DNA of 64,000 bases, taken from contig OY970325.1 of the NCBI GenBank assembly GCA_963717145.1, positions 3,072,001 through 3,136,000 on the forward strand. Reading direction: 5' to 3'. This document shows positions 57,858 to 64,000 of the stretch, in pieces. A model generated the notes under the pieces. That model worked only from the letters and a program-made list of their open reading frames with translations, was not told where the DNA came from and did not search any database. The stretch is from an uncultured Armatimonadetes bacterium. Lineage in GTDB: Bacteria; Armatimonadota; UBA5829; DTJY01. Both the position numbers and the translations under genes were made by a program. How positions within the stretch are numbered: the stretch's first letter is position 1; each line of letters opens with the position of its first letter.

Positions 57858-59156
57858 ATGACTCAACTTGAACAAGCGCGGGCAGGCAAGACGACGCCCG
57901 AGATGAAGATAGTCGCCGAGCAGGAGCGGCTCGATCCGGAGTTCATCCGATCGGGGGTCGCCGCTGGGACGATCGTGATCCCCGCGAACGTCAACCGCGA
58001 GCTTCCGAAGCCCTGCGGGATCGGTGCGGGACTGCGCACGAAGGTCAACGCCAACATCGGCACCTCGGGCGACTTCCCGAACGTCGAGGATGAACTGGAG
58101 AAGCTTCGGGTCGCGGTCGAAGCAGGCGCTGACACTATGATGGACCTCAGCACCGGAGGCGATCTCGCCGCCGTGCGCCGGACGATCACCGACAACTGCC
58201 CCGTGCCGCTGGGGACCGTCCCGATCTACGAGGTCGCGGTCAAGGCGGCGGACAACGGCTCGGTCGTCGGCATGTCGGAGGACGATCTCTTCCGCGTGAT
58301 CGAGCGAAATGCGACGGATGGGATCGATTTCGTGACCGTCCATTGCGGCATCACTCGGGAATCGCTCGGACGCCTGCGGGAACAGGGACGGGTCGCCGAT
58401 GTGGTGAGTCGGGGCGGCGCGTTCCTGATCTGCTGGATGCTCGGCAACGACCGGGAGAACCCGCTCTACGAGCGGTTCGATGACCTGCTCGATATCTGCC
58501 GCGCACACGATGTCTGCCTGAGTCTCGGCGATGGGATGCGTCCGGGATGCCTCGCCGATGCGACCGACCGCCCGCAGATCCAGGAGCTGATCATCCTCGG
58601 AGAACTGGTCGATCGCGCCCGGGCCGCCGGAGTCCAGGCAATGGTCGAAGGGCCGGGACATATACCGCTGAACCAGATCATCACCAACGTACAGATCGAG
58701 AAGACGCTCTGCAAGGGCGCGCCGTTCTACGTGCTCGGCCCGCTGGTGACCGATGTCGCGCCGGGTTACGACCATATCACGGCGGCGATCGGTGGAGCGA
58801 TTGCGGCGGCGGCGGGTGTCGATTTCCTGTGCTATGTTACGCCGTCCGAGCACCTCGGGCTTCCGGGCCCGGATGAGGTCCGGCAGGGGGTCGCCGCCTC
58901 ACGGATCGCGGCACATGCGGGCGATATCGCGAAGGGGATTCCCGGCGCGATGGACTGGGACCGCGAGATGTCGGTTGCCCGCAAGAAGCTCGACTGGGAG
59001 CGCCAGGCGGAATTGTGCATCGACCCAATCATGTTCCGCAAGTTCCGCTCCGAGCGCGCGACCCACGAGGACGACGTCTGCTCGATGTGCGGCAAGTACT
59101 GCGCGATGAAAGTCGTGGAGGCGTATCTCAGGCCTGATGTTAAAGCATCAGGCTAG
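57858..59156 (+). CDS. thiC: Phosphomethylpyrimidine synthase
   Basis: [57 protein letters not shown]. Confidence 0.97.
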   Translation: MTQLEQARAGKTTPEMKIVAEQERLDPEFIRSGVAAGTIVIPANVNRELPKPCGIGAGLRTKVNANIGTSGDFPNVEDELEKLRVAVEAGADTMMDLSTGGDLAAVRRTITDNCPVPLGTVPIYEVAVKAADNGSVVGMSEDDLFRVIERNATDGIDFVTVHCGITRESLGRLREQGRVADVVSRGGAFLICWMLGNDRENPLYERFDDLLDICRAHDVCLSLGDGMRPGCLADATDRPQIQELIILGELVDRARAAGVQAMVEGPGHIPLNQIITNVQIEKTLCKGAPFYVLGPLVTDVAPGYDHITAAIGGAIAAAAGVDFLCYVTPSEHLGLPGPDEVRQGVAASRIAAHAGDIAKGIPGAMDWDREMSVARKKLDWERQAELCIDPIMFRKFRSERATHEDDVCSMCGKYCAMKVVEAYLRPDVKASG

Positions 59157-60744
59157 CAGCCTGTCTGAGAATTCCCCGCTATGTGGGTGAGTTTCCCATC
59201 TGCGGGGTCGCGCTGGCTGCTGTTCGATAGTGTTTTTCGCCGGATTTCCGGCGAGGGTCTGTAAAGACCCCTTGTACCTTGATAATCAGCCTGATCCAGG
59301 TCATATATCTACGTATCGAAGATCGATTTCCGGTCGCCGTATCGGTATAGCTTCAGCATGTTGTGCCCAAGACACGCAAGCGTCCACTCCGACTTCGCTT
59401 TCGCAAGGCCTCGGAGTAGGAAGCCTCGGAAGTTCCGTGCGCTCTTGATCTGGCCGAACACCGGCTCTACCGTCTCCTTCCGCCTCCCGTAGATCTTTCG
59501 GCCAAGAGGAGTCAAGAGCTTTGCTCTCTGGCGATCTGCGGCGGATTGCTTTGCCGGATCAAGGCAGGAAGGCGCCGTCGGCTCTTTGCCATGACGTTGT
59601 CTGTCAGGCGGTATATAAGCGTCGATCCCTTGCTGCTCGACCATCTCTATGTTGTCGCTGCTGAAGTATCCGGCATCGGCGGATAGTTCTTCCGGTTTCT
59701 TTCCGGTGTTCTCCTTGATTGCCTCGATCATGTCACTAAGATGCGGTGAGTCCGCTGCCTGGTTCGTGAGATCACACGCCACTACAATCTGATGATCTGC
59801 GTCTACCGCAGCTTGTCCGTTGTATGCCTGCACGAAGGCTTTCTTTGCGTCCTTCATTATCCGGCTTTCCGGGTCTGTGAAGTTCCGCTGTGCCTTCCCT
59901 TCCGGCTCTGTCTTTACGGGCCCCGGCTCTCTGCCGCGAGGCTTCTTCCCGGATGCTTCCTGCTCCGCCTTCTCTTGGGCTCGCATCGCTTCTTCGGCTG
60001 ATGCTCGCTCTTTGGCCTCGCGCTCCAGCGCTTCTTTTGCTTCCCTGATCTTGGCGAGCCGCTTCTCTCTGGTTGCGAGTTCCTCCGGGAGTTCGTCTCC
60101 TCGGCGGTCAAGACCATATTCCGCGTCTTCCTGGTCGTCCACAGAAAGACCCTTCGCAAGGAGCGCCTCGATCTCAGCCTGAAGCTCTTTTTCTTTCTCG
60201 ACCATCCGAGAGTAGCTCATGGCGGAGTGCTTGCTTGCGTTGGCAAGCAGCTTTGTTCCGTCTATGGCTATGTGTTTCATCGACACAAGCCCGGCGCTTG
60301 CGCATAGCCTGAGCACTTGCACAAACAGGTCCGCAAGGGACTTGAGATGCCTCTTCCTGAACTCGCTTATCGTGCGGAAGTCGGGATGATTTCCTGCCGC
60401 AAGCACCCGGAAGGCTACATCTTCATACGTGGCCAGGGAGAGCTTTCGAGATGAATACACTCCCCGGCACAAACCGTAGAATATGATCTTTGTAAGCATT
60501 GCCGGATGGAACGGCGGCGCTCCTCGGGCCTCTTTCTCGTATGAGGCGTATATCGCGGAAAGGTCGAGTCCGTCTACGACATCGCTCACAAAGTATGCGA
60601 GATGTCCTTGGGGAAGCCACTCCGAGATCGACGGCGGCATCAAGAATATCTGGTCGGGTTGATAAGGAAGGTATGGCTTGCTCATACCAGTATTTTACTA
60701 TATATCTGGCACCTTGTGCCAGAGGTTATTTCGTGGACAGGCTG
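59157..60744 (-). mobile_element. IS1182-family insertion sequence, copy 2 (1588 bp)
   Basis: Same IRs as copy 1; CTAG duplicated at 59153 (includes thiC stop) and 60745. Confidence 0.96.
59309..60685 (-). CDS. IS1182-family transposase
   Basis: Matches 31911..33287 apart from several N-terminal substitutions. Confidence 0.96.
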   Translation of the reverse strand: MSKPYLPYQPDQIFLMPPSISEWLPQGHLAYFVSDVVDGLDLSAIYASYEKEARGAPPFHPAMLTKIIFYGLCRGVYSSRKLSLATYEDVAFRVLAAGNHPDFRTISEFRKRHLKSLADLFVQVLRLCASAGLVSMKHIAIDGTKLLANASKHSAMSYSRMVEKEKELQAEIEALLAKGLSVDDQEDAEYGLDRRGDELPEELATREKRLAKIREAKEALEREAKERASAEEAMRAQEKAEQEASGKKPRGREPGPVKTEPEGKAQRNFTDPESRIMKDAKKAFVQAYNGQAAVDADHQIVVACDLTNQAADSPHLSDMIEAIKENTGKKPEELSADAGYFSSDNIEMVEQQGIDAYIPPDRQRHGKEPTAPSCLDPAKQSAADRQRAKLLTPLGRKIYGRRKETVEPVFGQIKSARNFRGFLLRGLAKAKSEWTLACLGHNMLKLYRYGDRKSIFDT

Positions 60745-60756
60745 CTAGTGGGGTGT

Positions 60757-60803
60757 AAGCATGCTGAAGCAAGCTCTTCGTATTAGCTTGCTTCAGCATG
60801 CTT
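60757..60803. repeat. 19-bp perfect inverted repeat
   Basis: AAGCATGCTGAAGCAAGCT-9 nt-AGCTTGCTTCAGCATGCTT. Confidence 0.8.
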
Positions 60804-60847
60804 GATATGCGCTAGGCCCATTATTGATGATGGGACGGGGGATCGGC

Positions 60848-61855
60848 GTGAAGCTCTCCGAACTCGGTGAAGAAGCGCTGATAGAGAGAATCGTGAAGGA
60901 GCACGGACTCCCTGTGTCCGGGCCGGGACTGATCGTCGGCGTGGGGGATGATGCCGCTGTACTCGATACAGGTGCGAATGACTACATCGTCGTCACCACC
61001 GACATGCTCATCGAGGGCACGCACTTCCGCTTCGACATCAACACGCCCTACCAACTCGGCTGGAAGTCGGTCGCCGCCAACATCAGCGACATCGGCGCGA
61101 TGGGCGGCCTCCCGACCTGGACCTTCGTCTCCATGGCATTTCGTGCGGAGATGGATGTCGCGTTCGTCGACGACCTCTACCGAGGCATGACGGAGTGCGC
61201 CCGGCGGTTCGGTAGCATGGTGGTCGGCGGCGACACGAACGCGGTCGATGCCGAGTCGGTGATCAGCATCACCCAGATGGGGACGGTCGAGCCGGAGCAC
61301 GTCGTTCGGCGCGTCGGCGCGCGTCCGGGTGATCGGATACTCGTCACCGGGCGGCTCGGTGACTCGCGCGGAGGGCTCGAACTGCTCCTCAGGTATGGGC
61401 TGGATGAGGCAACCCGTATGCACCCCCGGCTCGCGGAGGCCCACCTGATGCCGATCCCTCGAGTCCCGGAGGCCCGTGCGGCGGTTCAGACCGGCGGCCT
61501 GCGCGCGATGATGGACCTGAGCGACGGATTGGGCGCGGACCTGCCGAAGTTGTGCAAGGCGAGCGGTATCGGAGCCGTCGTCTACGCGGACCGGCTCCCG
61601 ATCAGCGAGGACCTGCGGGCTGCGGCGGCTCTCCTCGGCAAGGATGCGGTGGACCTGGCGGCGGGCGGCGGTGAGGACTTCGAGTTGCTCATGGCGGTCT
61701 CACCGGATGGTGTCGAGCAGGTGATTGAGGCCATTCAGGAAGCCACCGGCACCCGCGTGACGGAGATTGGCGAGATCACCGATGGCCGCTCGGTGGAGAT
61801 CGACCGCAACGGCGACAGAAAGCCGCTCAAAGGCGGGTGGGAGCACTTTGCATGA
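60848..61855 (+). CDS. thiL: Thiamine-phosphate kinase
   Basis: GVGDDAA, TTDMLIEGTHF, NISDIGAMGG, VGGDT, MDLSDGL, GGEDFELL, GWEHF. Confidence 0.96.
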   Translation: MKLSELGEEALIERIVKEHGLPVSGPGLIVGVGDDAAVLDTGANDYIVVTTDMLIEGTHFRFDINTPYQLGWKSVAANISDIGAMGGLPTWTFVSMAFRAEMDVAFVDDLYRGMTECARRFGSMVVGGDTNAVDAESVISITQMGTVEPEHVVRRVGARPGDRILVTGRLGDSRGGLELLLRYGLDEATRMHPRLAEAHLMPIPRVPEARAAVQTGGLRAMMDLSDGLGADLPKLCKASGIGAVVYADRLPISEDLRAAAALLGKDAVDLAAGGGEDFELLMAVSPDGVEQVIEAIQEATGTRVTEIGEITDGRSVEIDRNGDRKPLKGGWEHFA

Positions 61856-61857
61856 AG

Positions 61858-61984
61858 CTCCCCTCCTTGATGAGGAGGGGTTGGGGACGGTCCGCTTGGC
61901 GGCTTGGCGGTTCCATCTCCGGATGGCGACGCCGTGGGAACCCCCTCGGCCCAGAGGCCGGTCCCCCTTCGTAAGGGGGACATC
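61858..61984. repeat. Hairpin elements CCCCTCCTT...AGGAGGGG and TCCCCCTTCGTAAGGGGGA
   Basis: 61939-61984 is an exact inverted copy of 38924-38969; a related hairpin lies at 61858-61886. Confidence 0.85.
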
Positions 61985-62019
61985 CAGTCCGACCCCTACG
62001 ACGGGTGAGAGAGACCAGC

Positions 62020-62458
62020 TTGAAGAGGCTTTCTTTTCGCACAACCAGCCCTGATGAGACCGAGGCCCTCGGCGAGCGGCTCGGGCGCGCGCTCGAGCCG
62101 GAGACCGTCGTCGCCCTCTTCGGCGAACTGGGGGCGGGCAAGACGACGCTCACGAAGGGAATCGCGCGCGGACTCGACGTGCCGGACCTCGTCCACAGCC
62201 CGACGTTCACTCTGATCCACGAGCACGAGGGCCGCGTGCGCATGAATCATATCGACCTCTACCGCCTCGACACATCACACCTGCCCGATCTGGGGTACGA
62301 GGAATACGTCTACGGCCCGGGAGTGACCGTCATCGAGTGGGCCGAGCGCGCGGGAGACCTGCTCCCGGAAGACCGCCTGGAGATTCGGATCACGGGCGAT
62401 GGTGACGAGCGCATCATTGAGGTCGTCGCGACGGGTCCGCATTCCGAGGGGATGATCG
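62020..62458 (+). CDS. tsaE: tRNA threonylcarbamoyladenosine biosynthesis ATPase; IS3 inserted before the native stop
   Basis: GELGAGKTTL, SPTFTL, HIDLYRL, IEWAE; frame reads on into the IS to 62694. Confidence 0.92.
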
Positions 62459-62936
62459 TGATCTTGCCTCGAATTAGTGGGCACCGGATAATAAGAGATG
62501 AGGTGACCCAAGATGAAGAGGCAGTATTCAGAAAGCTTCAAGGCGGAGGCGGTGAAGTTGGCCTTTTCCGGCAGGGCGAGCAAAGCTCGGATCGCAAAGG
62601 AACTGGGAGTCAACATCAACAGCCTGGACGCCTGGATCAGGAAGTACAAGGAGAGCCTGGGAGAGATCGATCCCAGGAAGAGAGAGTCCCTTGAGGACGA
62701 AGTGAAGCGTCTCCGCAAGGAGAACGATCTCCTCCGAGAGGAGAGAGACATATTAAAAAAAGCGGCGGCGTACTTTGCGAGGGAGCAGCAGTGAAGTACG
62801 CCTTCATCGCTGCTCAAGACGGCCGCTTCAGGATCGGGACGATCTGCGGGGTGCTCGGTGTGAGCCGGAGCGGCTACTACGCGTGGCAGGGGCGTCCCGA
62901 AAGCGATCGCGCCAGGAAGAACGAGAAGCTGCTCAC
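62459..62936 (+). mobile_element. IS3 copy 2, left part (orfA 62513..62794, orfB start), interrupted by copy 3
   Basis: Matches 17308 onward for 478 bp, then a new left IR begins. Confidence 0.93.
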
Positions 62937-64000
62937 TGATCTTGCCTCGAATTAGTGGGCACCGGATAATAAGAGATGAGGTGACCCAAGATGAAGAGGC
63001 AGTATTCAGAAAGCTTCAAGGCGGAGGCGGTGAAGTTGGCTTTTTCCGGCAGGGCGAGCAAAGCTCGGATCGCAAAGGAACTGGGAGTCAACATCAACAG
63101 CCTGGACGCCTGGATCAGGAAGTACAAGGAGAGCCTGGGAGAGATCGATCCCAGGAAGAGAGAGTCCCTTGAGGACGAAGTGAAGCGTCTCCGCAAGGAG
63201 AACGATCTCCTCCGAGAGGAGAGAGACATATTAAAAAAAGCGGCGGCGTACTTTGCGAGGGAGCAGCAGTGAAGTACGCCTTCATCGCTGCTCAAGACGG
63301 TCGCTTCAGGATCGGGACGATCTGCGGGGTGCTCGGTGTGAGCCGGAGCGGCTACTACGCGTGGCAGGGGCGTCCCGAAAGCGATCGCGCCAGGAAGAAC
63401 GAGAAGCTGCTCACACGGATCAGGGAGGTCCACGCCGAGAGCAGAGACACCTACGGTAGCCCGAGGGTTCACATACGGCTTCGGCAGGCGGGTGAGACCT
63501 GCAGCAGAGGCCGTGTGGCCAGGCTCATGACAGCAAACGGAATCCGCGCAAGACAGAAACGGAAGTTCCGTGTTACGACTAACTCCAGGCACAACCAGCC
63601 TGTGGCGGCGAATCTGCTCAAGAGAAACTTCGAGGTAGCCAGACCGAACAGTGTCTGGGTAAGCGACATAACGTATGTGCATACCCGTGAGGGTTGGCTC
63701 TATCTTTCGGCGGTGATGGATCTTTACTCGCGCCAGATAGTGGGCTGGTCGATGAAAGAGACGCTTGGGAGTGTGCTCGCAAGTGAGGCGCTCAGGATGG
63801 CATACAAGAACAGAAGACCGGTCGGCGAAGTCATCCATCATTCGGATCGAGGGTGTCAGTACGCGAGCGGCGAATTTCGTAGGCTTCTCGAAGCCTACGA
63901 AATTCGAGCCAGCATGAGCGGCGCCGGGAACTGCTATGACAACGCCCCGATGGAGAGCTTCTTTGCGACGCTTAAGGCCGAGCTGATACATCATCGAACA
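62937..64000 (+). mobile_element. IS3 copy 3, nested (orfA 62991..63272, orfB 63269..>64000), runs off window
   Basis: Starts TGATCTTGCCTCG; near-identical to copy 1 with two visible substitutions. Confidence 0.95.

Noticed and set aside
31852-60744. Composite transposon or inversion bounded by the inverted IS1182 pair
   Set aside because: The TPR gene continues in register across copy 1 and thiC-thiL order is preserved across copy 2, so these are independent insertions at CTAG.
1-64000. rRNA, tRNA or prophage genes
   Set aside because: No recognisable rRNA or tRNA motifs and no phage structural, terminase or integrase genes were seen.

Overview
GC-rich bacterial chromosomal window. A TonB-dependent receptor points to an outer membrane, while a T-box, an RsbV/RsbW/SigB module, a FemX-type ligase, YtxH and a 6S RNA before rarA are Firmicute-like; this mix suggests a diderm Terrabacterium such as Armatimonadota (inference). 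Housekeeping genes are the aspS 3' end, rarA, mnmA, alr, ilvB, thiC, thiL and tsaE. These are interleaved with secreted or carbohydrate-active proteins, a SWIM-SNF2 helicase and accessory genes, notably a TIR-WD40-Roc-COR-DUF4365 protein and an IS-split TPR protein. Six IS copies are present: IS3 x3 (one nested inside another), IS1182 x2 (CTAG target) and one IS66. The most striking signal is about a dozen distinct families of short palindromic or heptamer-hairpin elements. They sit between genes, in-frame inside Alr, IlvB and a glycoside hydrolase, at gene 3' ends where they supply stop codons, inside stem II of a Val T-box, and where most of a TPP riboswitch appears to be missing. Six otherwise intact genes carry single frameshifts, most likely assembly indels. 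No rRNA, tRNA or CRISPR array was seen.
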